Shown here piece after piece: positions 1 to 7,449 of a stretch of 41,543 bases of DNA. The notes beneath the pieces were generated by a model that was given only the letters and a program-made list of their open reading frames with translations, had not been told where the DNA came from and made no database searches. A program made the translations under genes and the position numbers. The stretch lies in sequence record SRR2962707_1636, one strand, 5' to 3'. Numbering within the stretch: position 1 is the first letter of the stretch; the number at the start of each line of letters is the position of its first letter.

Positions 1-55
1 CGTTTCGATGACAGTTCAGTGACAGTCGCCGCGGTTTATCCCCGTTTGGAACTTT

Positions 56-1489
56 TCAGGCCCCGTTCCGCCAGTTCCCGTGAAAGCCGAAAGGCACGCG
101 CGAGGGTAGTTCGACGCGCGCCACCGGGCCCTTGGAAATATCATCCGTATCGAGAACGATGAAGTCGCTGAGATTGCGGGCGCTGTCATAAACGAGCGAC
201 ACCAGATAGCCGTCGCCCTCCGCCGCATCCGCCTTGCGCGGAACGAAAACGGGCTCATGCACATAGCGGCCCTTGCCCGGTTCCCATGCGTTACGCTTGC
301 CGCTCTGAAGATCGATATGCACCAGCGTATCGTAGGACGAGCCCTTCTGTTCCTTCGGCCGGTTCATCGCAGCGTAGTAGCCGTGACGATAGCCATGACC
401 CGCAAAGCGTTCATCGAAGCGCGGAAACTCACCGCCAAGATCGGTCAGTTGTTCTTCCGTGTAGCTGTCCGAATTCCCGTCGAGATCGAACGTCCAGCGC
501 ACCAGCTTGCCCTGTTCGTCGGAAAGATCGCTCGGTGCCCTCTTGCCGTCCGCATCGGGAAAGAGTGGCACACGGCTGTATTTCATCACATCGGTATGAA
601 CGCGCGTCCTACCGCCTTCATGGCTCGTCCATGCATTCATCGGATGATAGACGTAGCAGGGATCGCCCTTGAACCAGCGCACCGTGTCGACGCTCGCGTC
701 GCGCGCCATGATGCCGATATGCGTGCCGGCATCGGGATCCCACGCAATCGTCGGCCCGCCCGCCATGATCCGCTCGACATCGATCGTCGCCGGAAAGATC
801 GGAAAGATCACATGCTCGTCGGTCACGATGAAATCGTGAACCATGCTGGCATAAGGCGCCTTGAACATGTCGCTGCGCGTCAGCTTCCCGTCCCGGTCGA
901 CCACCTGGTAGGAAATGTCGGGCGTCGCCGGGCCCGCCGCCATGTAACCGAAGAAGTGCATCTCGCCGGTGCGCGGATCGAACTTCGGATGCGCCGTCAT
1001 CGGCCCTTCATACTTGCCCTCGAAGGTCCACGAGCCGTCCGTCGTCAGTGTGTCGCCGTCCATCGCAACCGGCGAACTTCCCTCGTCCAGCGCCAGCAGC
1101 CTGCCCGCATGCCACACCACATTCGTGTTCGCGACATTGCGCTTCACATTCTCCGCACCCGCCACCGCCGCCTCGCCGAACGCCGTCGGCACCAGCCGTT
1201 CGCGCGCCTCGCGCTGCGCTTCGTATTGCTCCGTATGCACCCAGCGATTGCGATAGCTCGCCTTGCCGCCTTCCACATGGATCGCGTGGATCATGCCCTC
1301 GCCGAGAAACCAGTGATGCTTGTTGCCGAGCGGCGGAAACATCGGGTTCGGTCCGTTGCGATAAAGCGTGCCTGCGAGATCGCGCGGCAACTCGCCCTCG
1401 CTCACCACAAGATCCGGCGCATCGCATTCCGCCATCACCGGCGCGAAGTTCTCCGTCAGAAACGGATTGTCGGGAAAGGGCTTCGTCAT
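56..1489 (-). CDS. Carotenoid/stilbene cleavage oxygenase family (RPE65/CCD) dioxygenase
   Basis: 477 aa; GTLYRNGPNP, TAHPKFDP, VHDF, YHPMNA, EFPRFD, EPVFVPR and VPFGFHGNW; four Fe-ligand His present; GGAGG RBS. Confidence 0.93.
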   Translation of the reverse strand: MTKPFPDNPFLTENFAPVMAECDAPDLVVSEGELPRDLAGTLYRNGPNPMFPPLGNKHHWFLGEGMIHAIHVEGGKASYRNRWVHTEQYEAQREARERLVPTAFGEAAVAGAENVKRNVANTNVVWHAGRLLALDEGSSPVAMDGDTLTTDGSWTFEGKYEGPMTAHPKFDPRTGEMHFFGYMAAGPATPDISYQVVDRDGKLTRSDMFKAPYASMVHDFIVTDEHVIFPIFPATIDVERIMAGGPTIAWDPDAGTHIGIMARDASVDTVRWFKGDPCYVYHPMNAWTSHEGGRTRVHTDVMKYSRVPLFPDADGKRAPSDLSDEQGKLVRWTFDLDGNSDSYTEEQLTDLGGEFPRFDERFAGHGYRHGYYAAMNRPKEQKGSSYDTLVHIDLQSGKRNAWEPGKGRYVHEPVFVPRKADAAEGDGYLVSLVYDSARNLSDFIVLDTDDISKGPVARVELPSRVPFGFHGNWRNGA

Positions 1490-1529
1490 GGCTTGGTTCC
1501 TCCCTGGAGTGACCGCTATCTTGCCTTGG

Positions 1530-1557
1530 AAAGATATATAACACTGTTATAATCTTT
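1530..1557. promoter_or_regulatory. Palindromic operator, probably for the adjacent TetR, overlapping an extended -10
   Basis: TATAACA-C-TGTTATA at 1537-1551, extendable to AAAGAT/ATCTTT with one bulge; TGnTATAAT at 1545-1553; lies between divergent oxygenase and tetR genes. Confidence 0.75.
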
Positions 1558-1603
1558 ATAGATATCGCTGGACACACCGTCAAGCCTGTTCGATAGAGGG
1601 CAT

Positions 1604-2278
1604 ATGAGTACGCAGGTTCAGGAGAGTGCGGCAGATGCGCGGCGCAGCGCCCAGCGCGAAGCCCTGCTCGATGCAGCGAGCGAAATGCTGGTGCATGGCG
1701 GTCCCGATGCGATTTCGCTGAGAAAGCTCGCCGCCCGCGTCGGCACTTCCACCATGGCGGTCTACACGGCGTTCGGCGGCAAGGACGGCCTGATCGCCGC
1801 CCTCTTCATGGAAGCCTTCGACCGCCTCGCCGCCGCCGAGCGCGCCGCGCCGAAGCACGGCGAGCCCTTGCTCTGGCTCGCCGAACTCGCCCGCGCCTAT
1901 CGCGGCTTCGCGCTGAAGAACCCGTCTTATTATTCGCTGATGATCAGCGCGACCCTGCCGATCCCCGCCGCGCTTCGCCACGGCGAGACGGCGGAACCGG
2001 CCGCGCGCGGCGTTTCCCAGCACGCTTCTTACGAAATCATGCGCAGCGCCGTCGAAGCCTGTATCGCTGAAGGAAGTTTTCCGTCCGTCGAGCCTGACGA
2101 ACTGGCTGGCGCTCTATGGGCCGCCGTTCACGGGCATTGCAGCCTGGAACTCGCGGGCTTTCACGCGAGTCCCGAAGCCGCAGAGAAACGCTTCAATCTC
2201 ACGACCGAAGCGATCCTGCGCGGCCTGTTGACGCCGAAGGGCCTCAAGAAGCTCGAAAGTTTCAGCCGGGGTTCGTGA
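1604..2278 (+). CDS. TetR/AcrR family regulator with WHG-type C-terminal domain
   Basis: N-terminal HTH (ISLRKLAARVGTSTMAVYTAFGGKDGL); C-terminal LWAAVHG. Confidence 0.92.
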   Translation: MSTQVQESAADARRSAQREALLDAASEMLVHGGPDAISLRKLAARVGTSTMAVYTAFGGKDGLIAALFMEAFDRLAAAERAAPKHGEPLLWLAELARAYRGFALKNPSYYSLMISATLPIPAALRHGETAEPAARGVSQHASYEIMRSAVEACIAEGSFPSVEPDELAGALWAAVHGHCSLELAGFHASPEAAEKRFNLTTEAILRGLLTPKGLKKLESFSRGS

Positions 2279-2597
2279 CCGACGGAAACCGGCTGAGCGG
2301 AAACGGCTTTTCCTCGCGCGCGAAAATCACGAAGGCGAGGCATTCCCACACATACTGGATCAGGTTGCGGCTGAACGAACGCAACTCCTCGTTCTTGTTG
2401 CCCGTAACGAGGATCACGACGAACTGAAGCGCGCCGAGGAAGATCGCGATGGAAAAGGCGATGTTGCCGAGGAACCAGTACGCAATCATGTAGAGAAAGC
2501 GAATCCACAGCTCCTTGCGCTCCGAAGAAGCTCCGGCCTCGGAACTGTCGGGTCCGGTATCCGGATGCGCGCCGGAATCCGCTGATGTGTCGCTCAT
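2262..2597 (-). CDS. DUF4389-like small membrane protein
   Basis: WIRFLYMI...LQFVVILVTGNKNEELRSFSRNL...EEKPFP pattern; AGGAG RBS. Confidence 0.75.
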   Translation of the reverse strand: MSDTSADSGAHPDTGPDSSEAGASSERKELWIRFLYMIAYWFLGNIAFSIAIFLGALQFVVILVTGNKNEELRSFSRNLIQYVWECLAFVIFAREEKPFPLSRFPSVTNPG

Positions 2598-2693
2598 GAA
2601 TCTCCTCCTGAAAGGGGCCTCAGGCCAAAGGGCCTATTCTCTATGTGGTTTACGGCCGCGCGATTTCAATGCGCATCCGCACGCCTTCGGCTC

Positions 2694-3515
2694 TCACTCG
2701 CGCGGTTCCTCGCCGAGCCATTCGCCATAGCCGACATTCCCGGGCCCGCCGGAGGGCGAGCGGCGCGGCGGATCGAACAGGCCGAAGATCAGCAGCCCCA
2801 TGATGAAACCGCCGAGATGCGCTTCCCACGCCACCTGCGCGGTCACGCCAAGTGCGCCGCTGAGCGCCGTTGCGCCGAAGAGAAAATTGAGGCCGATCCA
2901 GACACCGACGAAAATAAGCGTCCGCCTGTCGCGAAGCGCCGCGCCGATGCTCGCGCGTCGACGGGGCGCCGCCGCGAATTGCCCGCGCCCCCGCCCGCCA
3001 AGTGCGCCAAGCGGCCCGTCCGCCAGGAACACGAAACGCGCCGCGCCGCCCATCAGACCGGAGATCGCGGCGGACGCGCCGACAACCGGCACCTCCGACC
3101 CCGGATAGAGAACGACATGGAGGAAAGCCCCCGCCACCCCGCAGAGAAAATAGAAGAGAAAGAAGCGCACCGCGCCGAAGCGTTGCGCGATCGGCGAGCC
3201 GAAGGCCAGCAGCCAGACGCTGTTGACGATCAGGTGTTCCCAGCCGCCATGCAGGAATGTGTAGGTGATCGGCGTCCAGAGTTCCGCCGCAAGCCCGCCC
3301 GGCAGCGCATCCGCCAACGCACTGGCGCCGCCCGTATAGCGGATCGGAAACAGCGCGAACCAGAGGATGATCTGCTCCTGCATCGCCCAATCGAGCGCAT
3401 TCACCGCGATGTGAATGCCGACAACGAGAAGAAGAAGCGCGAGAACCGGCCCCGGCACATTGAAGGCCGGCGGTTCGCGGCGCGGCGGGGGGCCGTCCGG
3501 CAGCGGTTCAGCCAT
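2694..3515 (-). CDS. Rhomboid family intramembrane serine protease
   Basis: TYTFLHGGWEHLIVN, catalytic GASA and WEAHLGG; ATG at 3515 overlaps the upstream gene's stop. Confidence 0.93.
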   Translation of the reverse strand: MAEPLPDGPPPRREPPAFNVPGPVLALLLLVVGIHIAVNALDWAMQEQIILWFALFPIRYTGGASALADALPGGLAAELWTPITYTFLHGGWEHLIVNSVWLLAFGSPIAQRFGAVRFFLFYFLCGVAGAFLHVVLYPGSEVPVVGASAAISGLMGGAARFVFLADGPLGALGGRGRGQFAAAPRRRASIGAALRDRRTLIFVGVWIGLNFLFGATALSGALGVTAQVAWEAHLGGFIMGLLIFGLFDPPRRSPSGGPGNVGYGEWLGEEPRE

Positions 3516-4110
3516 GAGCGAGCGCCGCTTCCACCAGCGGCAGCCGGTCATTGCCAAAATACATGTCTGTCTTGTTCACATACATGGTCGGCGAGCCGAA
3601 GCCGCCCCGTGCGATCAGCTCTTCCGTGTTCGCCCGGAGCCGCGCCTTGACCACGTCCGTCTTGATCCGCGCGCTGACATCGGCCCAATCGAGCCCGACG
3701 GAGCGGCAAATCTCCTCCAGCACTTGCGGCTGGCTGATGTCCTTGAGGTCGCCCCAATAGGCCCGGAAGGTCGCCCAGGAGAATTCCGGCAGCTTGCCCT
3801 CGTCCAGCGCCACGATTGCCGCGCGCATGGCGTCGACGGAGCGCACCGGAAACACCGGCGGCTGGCCGATCTCGATGCCGCAGAACCGCGCCCAGTCACG
3901 CAAATCCTTAACGTAGTACCGGCCCTTGACGGGATGCGGGTTCGCGCGCGCTTCGTAGACACTCTCATTCACCGCATTGAAGACGCCGCCGACCAGAATG
4001 GGCTTCCATTCGATCTCCGCCCTCGTGCGCTTCACCACATCCTCGATCCGGCTGAACGCCAGATAAGTCCAGGGACTGGAACAATCATAAAAGAACTCAA
4101 GCTTCGCCAA
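3508..4110 (-). CDS. 2-hydroxychromene-2-carboxylate isomerase / DsbA-kappa GST family
   Basis: EFFYDCSSPWTYLA and RGGFGSPTMYV...YFGNDRL; TTG start at 4110 with GGAG RBS. Confidence 0.9.
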   Translation of the reverse strand: MAKLEFFYDCSSPWTYLAFSRIEDVVKRTRAEIEWKPILVGGVFNAVNESVYEARANPHPVKGRYYVKDLRDWARFCGIEIGQPPVFPVRSVDAMRAAIVALDEGKLPEFSWATFRAYWGDLKDISQPQVLEEICRSVGLDWADVSARIKTDVVKARLRANTEELIARGGFGSPTMYVNKTDMYFGNDRLPLVEAALAHG

Positions 4111-4228
4111 GACCAAGGCTCCGTCATCCGTGCCGTTAACGATATCGCGCGGAGTTTCGCTCGCACTCGCCCGCGCCGCAACCCGCATTCCCTTCTCTTT
4201 CCTGCCCATGTTGCGTGGCGGCACAGGC

Positions 4229-4244
4229 TTAACGGGAGATTGAC
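4229..4244. promoter_or_regulatory. Candidate CtrA binding site
   Basis: TTAA-CGGGAGA-TTGAC, one mismatch to TTAA-N7-TTAAC, in the intergenic region upstream of hfaB. Confidence 0.5.
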
Positions 4245-4375
4245 GTGCGAAATCGGGACGGGGCGTGCCGGCACCGGGGCGTTACAGGACGTAAACCATT
4301 TGCATTCCGGCACAGCGTTCCCGAAGGCGCACAAAAAACGGCGGAATTCCGCAATTCTTAATGAGGTATGACCGC

Positions 4376-4391
4376 TGGCACACCGGTTGCA
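4376..4391 (+). promoter_or_regulatory. Sigma54 (-24/-12) promoter of the hfaB-like gene
   Basis: TGGCAC-ACCGG-TTGCA, exact match to TGGCAC-N5-TTGCW, about 100 bp upstream of the start. Confidence 0.75.
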
Positions 4392-4487
4392 CTCCCCTTG
4401 GCAACCAAGCCTCGACGGGCGCGGTGGCAGAATCGAAAAAATTGATCGCCAGCACGACCGTCGAAAGGTGACCTTCAGGAGGCCAAA

Positions 4488-5543
4488 GTGTTTTCAACGG
4501 TTCTGTCCATCGCGACGAAAAAGGGAATGCCCAAGCGGACGCTGGGTGCCCTTGCCATGGCATTCGCACTCACCGGCTGCGTCAGCGCCAATGCGGGTTC
4601 CGACGGGCGCTATGCGGCGCCGATCGGCAATGCCCCGGTCATCAACAATGAAACGCCTTACTCGAGCGCGCTTCGCTGCCTTGCGGGCCATGTGCCCATG
4701 GGCGCGAACACGACGCGCATCGCGGTCGGCAACATCCGCGACTACACCGGCAAGTCGGAAGCCGACGGCACCGGCATGAAGGTCACGCAGGGCGCCTCGC
4801 TGATGGCGATGTCCGCTCTCGGCCGGGCCGGCGTGCCGCTCGTCGAGCGTTACGACACGTCGATCTCCGAACTCGAGATGAAGTACACCAACAACAAGCT
4901 CATCGGCGACGCGGTTGACGGCGAATACCGCAAGATCTACGCGGGCGAAATCCGCGGCTCCGACTACTACCTCGTCGGCGGCATCACCGAGCTGAACTTC
5001 AACATCCAGTCGGGCGGCATCAATGCGGGCTTCGCCGAAGGTGGCGACATGGGCGCGGCGGCCAATGCCTCGGCTTCCAGCTATGTCATGAACATCGGCC
5101 TCGACCTGCGCCTCGTGAACAGCCGCACGCTCGAAGTCGTCGACTACGTTTCCTACCAGAAGCAGATCGTCGGCCGCGAGATCAAGGCCGGTGTGTTCGA
5201 CTTCTTCGGCGGCAACCTGTTCTCGCTCGGCGTCGGTTCGAGCGCGCAGGAGCCGATCCAGCTCGCTGTCCGCGCCGTTGTCGAACGCGCCGTGCTCAAG
5301 CTGCTGGTTCCGCTCTATGGCGTGAACCCCGCCGACTGCGCCCGCTTCCCGGGCAACAAGGACCCGATGGGCGAAATCGACTACCGCCAGGCGAACCCCG
5401 GCGCGAAGGCGACCCCCTCCCACGGCCAGCGCGTCGCCCAGGCGCCCGCGCCGAGCAAGAGCCGTCCTTCGGAAACCGAGCCCTACGCCTACTACTCCGA
5501 GCCGGTCTTCGAATCCGGCAGCCTCCGGGGCGGTTCCTACTGA
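4488..5543 (+). CDS. hfaB: CsgG/HfaB family outer-membrane lipoprotein (holdfast anchor HfaB-like)
   Basis: Lipobox ALTGC; YAAPIGNAPV, RIAVGNIRDYTGK, KVTQGASLMAMSAL, LVERYDTS, GGITELNFNI, LDLRLVNSRTLEVV, YQKQIVGREI and EPIQLAVRAVVERA match Caulobacter-type HfaB as I recall it; GTG start after AGGAGG (alternative ATG 4527). Confidence 0.85.
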   Translation: MFSTVLSIATKKGMPKRTLGALAMAFALTGCVSANAGSDGRYAAPIGNAPVINNETPYSSALRCLAGHVPMGANTTRIAVGNIRDYTGKSEADGTGMKVTQGASLMAMSALGRAGVPLVERYDTSISELEMKYTNNKLIGDAVDGEYRKIYAGEIRGSDYYLVGGITELNFNIQSGGINAGFAEGGDMGAAANASASSYVMNIGLDLRLVNSRTLEVVDYVSYQKQIVGREIKAGVFDFFGGNLFSLGVGSSAQEPIQLAVRAVVERAVLKLLVPLYGVNPADCARFPGNKDPMGEIDYRQANPGAKATPSHGQRVAQAPAPSKSRPSETEPYAYYSEPVFESGSLRGGSY

Positions 5544-5732
5544 CCACCTGAACTTCCATCGAATTGCCGGCGATGTCCGAGAGACAAGTGAGCAAAGACA
5601 TCGCCGGCTCCCACCCTCATTGCGTCCTGGCTGGTCGGCCTCCGGCTGGACCATGAGAGCTGAGGCGGGGCTTGCCCGCCGATCCCGGAACGGAGTTTTT
5701 CAAGTTTCCTTTTTCGTTCCGGACGACCACTT

Positions 5733-5759
5733 GGGAGGGCCTCGTGCCCTCCCCTTTTT
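5733..5759 (+). terminator. Rho-independent terminator after the hfaB 3' region
   Basis: GGGAGGGC-ctcgt-GCCCTCCC followed by CTTTTT. Confidence 0.7.
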
Positions 5760-5762
5760 CGT

Positions 5763-6080
5763 TCAGCCCTCCGCGAGTTTGAGCATCGCGACGCCTGTGA
5801 CGATGAGGGCAATGGCGGAGAGACGAAGCGGAGAGACGCTCTCACCCAACACGACGACACCGAGCACCGCGGCTCCGAGAATGCCGATGCCTGTCCACGC
5901 CGCATAGGCCGTACCGGGGGGCAGCGTCCGCATCGCCTGTGAGAGGAACCACATGGCGACGAGAAGCGCCGCGATGTTGAACGTCACCATTAGCGGCCGC
6001 GTGAAGCCGTCGCTCGCCTTGAGCGTGTAGGCCCAGACGATTTCCGCCGCGCTTGCGATGAGAAGATAGATCCAGGCCAT
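5763..6080 (-). CDS. gdx: SMR family guanidinium exporter (Gdx/SugE)
   Basis: 105 aa, four TM helices; MAWIYL...EIVWA...K..DGF, LPPGTAYAAWTGIG, GE; guanidine-II riboswitch directly upstream. Confidence 0.88.
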   Translation of the reverse strand: MAWIYLLIASAAEIVWAYTLKASDGFTRPLMVTFNIAALLVAMWFLSQAMRTLPPGTAYAAWTGIGILGAAVLGVVVLGESVSPLRLSAIALIVTGVAMLKLAEG

Positions 6081-6100
6081 GCGCCCCTCCTGTCGAAGAA

Positions 6101-6157
6101 GCGAGGCCGTCCTCGCGAACAAGGGGAAGGCCGGAACCTTCCGCAGGGTCGTCCCTG
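6101..6157 (-). ncRNA. Guanidine-II (mini-ykkC) riboswitch
   Basis: Minus strand has two GC-rich hairpins with ACGR tetraloops, CAGGG-ACGA-CCCUG (6144-6157) and GCGAGG-ACGG-CCUCGC (6101-6116), just before the AGGAGG RBS of an SMR gene. Confidence 0.9.
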
Positions 6158-6276
6158 ATTTCGCAATTTATATCAGCTTGGGCGGGAACTTGAAGGCCTT
6201 TCAATCGCTCTGACTCCATCGTCACAACCGAACCGCGCAAGGGGCTGCGCAGCATGACGCGAGGAGATGAAGCGCT

Positions 6277-6777
6277 ATGTCCGCAACTCACACGATAATC
6301 ACGCTTGGCGCAGCGGTTTTCACCGGCATCGCCTCCCACTCCGCCCTTTCCGCCTTCGCCGCCAACGAAGCCACGGAGCCCACGGGCTACTGGCGCACCA
6401 TCGACGACGAAACTCATGAGGCAAAGAGCATCGTCCGCATCACGGAAGAACGCGGCGAGCTCAAGGGCAAGGTCGTCACGCTTCTGAACCGCAAGGGCGA
6501 GGACCCGAACCCCGTCTGCGATGGATGTCCGGGCGACCGCAAGGACCAGCCGATCAAGGGCATGACGATCCTCTGGGGCCTTGAGCGGGACGGCGGCGAA
6601 TGGTCCGGCGGCACCATTCTCGATCCCGAATCCGGCGACACCTACGACGCGAAGCTCGAATTGAAAGAAGGCGGCGAGAAACTCGACGTGCGCGGCTACA
6701 TCGGATTCTCGATGCTCGGCCGTACCCAGACCTGGGAACGGATCGATAAACCGGACCTGAAGAAAAACAGCGGTTGA
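6277..6777 (+). CDS. DUF2147 family secreted protein (copy 1)
   Basis: Signal peptide; PTGYWRTIDD, CDGC, GMTILWGL, WSGGTILDPESG, VRGYIG, GRTQTWER. Confidence 0.88.
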   Translation: MSATHTIITLGAAVFTGIASHSALSAFAANEATEPTGYWRTIDDETHEAKSIVRITEERGELKGKVVTLLNRKGEDPNPVCDGCPGDRKDQPIKGMTILWGLERDGGEWSGGTILDPESGDTYDAKLELKEGGEKLDVRGYIGFSMLGRTQTWERIDKPDLKKNSG

Positions 6778-6814
6778 TACCCTGCGAGCAGGGCCTTGAA
6801 CCTTCCGGCCTTTC

Positions 6815-6847
6815 GATTATATTGACACACATAATGTCAATATAATC
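6815..6847. promoter_or_regulatory. Perfect 13-bp inverted repeat, probable repressor operator
   Basis: GATTATATTGACA-cacataa-TGTCAATATAATC, AT-rich, directly before the RBS of the second DUF2147 gene. Confidence 0.7.
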
Positions 6848-6863
6848 GGGTGGAGGGTATCCC

Positions 6864-7316
6864 ATGACATTCCATAGCTTGAAAACAGCCGCTGCGTGCG
6901 CCGCCGCGACCTTGCTGACCTTGTCTGCGCTCGCCCTGCCGGCCTCGGCGGACGATGCCTCCCCCGCTGGCAAATGGCGGACTTTCGACCCGGACACAGG
7001 CACCCCGAAGACGGTCGTCGAAATCACGGAAACGGACGGCACGCTGACAGGGACCATTGTCGAATTGCTGGACGATGGCGAAACCACCTGCTCGCAATGC
7101 GAAGGCGACAAGAAGAACCAGCCGCTCGTCGGCCTGGCGATCCTCTGGGGCCTGACGCCAGACGGCGACGAATGGTCGGGCGGCACCATCCTCCGCCCCG
7201 CCAACGGCAAGACGGCGGATGCCAGCCTCGAACTGACCGGAGATGGAAGCAAACTCGAAGTCACCGGCTCAAAAGGCTTCATGAGCCGCAGCCAGACCTG
7301 GGAACGGGTGGAGTAA
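6864..7316 (+). CDS. DUF2147 family secreted protein (copy 2)
   Basis: Signal peptide (ALPASA); PAGKWRTFD, CSQC, GLAILWGL, WSGGTIL, RSQTWER; paralog of 6277..6777. Confidence 0.85.
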   Translation: MTFHSLKTAAACAAATLLTLSALALPASADDASPAGKWRTFDPDTGTPKTVVEITETDGTLTGTIVELLDDGETTCSQCEGDKKNQPLVGLAILWGLTPDGDEWSGGTILRPANGKTADASLELTGDGSKLEVTGSKGFMSRSQTWERVE

Positions 7317-7355
7317 ACCTCAACCGGCTACGCTGACGGGCACCCAGCGCACCTG

Positions 7356-7388
7356 AAAAAAAACGGAGAGAGCTTTCGCCCTCTCCGT
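7356..7388 (-). terminator. Rho-independent terminator of the Asn-rich gene
   Basis: Minus strand ACGGAGAGGGC-GAAA-GCUCUCUCCGU followed by a U run. Confidence 0.85.
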
Positions 7389-7449
7389 CTCTTCCGGCAC
7401 TTGTTGCAGGCTGCGGGATGAAGCGGTCGCAGCCTGCAGCATCCCTCGC

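Noticed and set aside
257-1552. 431-aa plus-strand ORF and similar Arg/His-rich alternative-frame ORFs across the window
   Set aside because: They overlap well-supported genes on the other strand and have no recognisable domains.
6822-6846. TTGACA...TATAAT as a consensus sigma70 promoter
   Set aside because: The spacer is only 13 nt; better explained as an operator palindrome.
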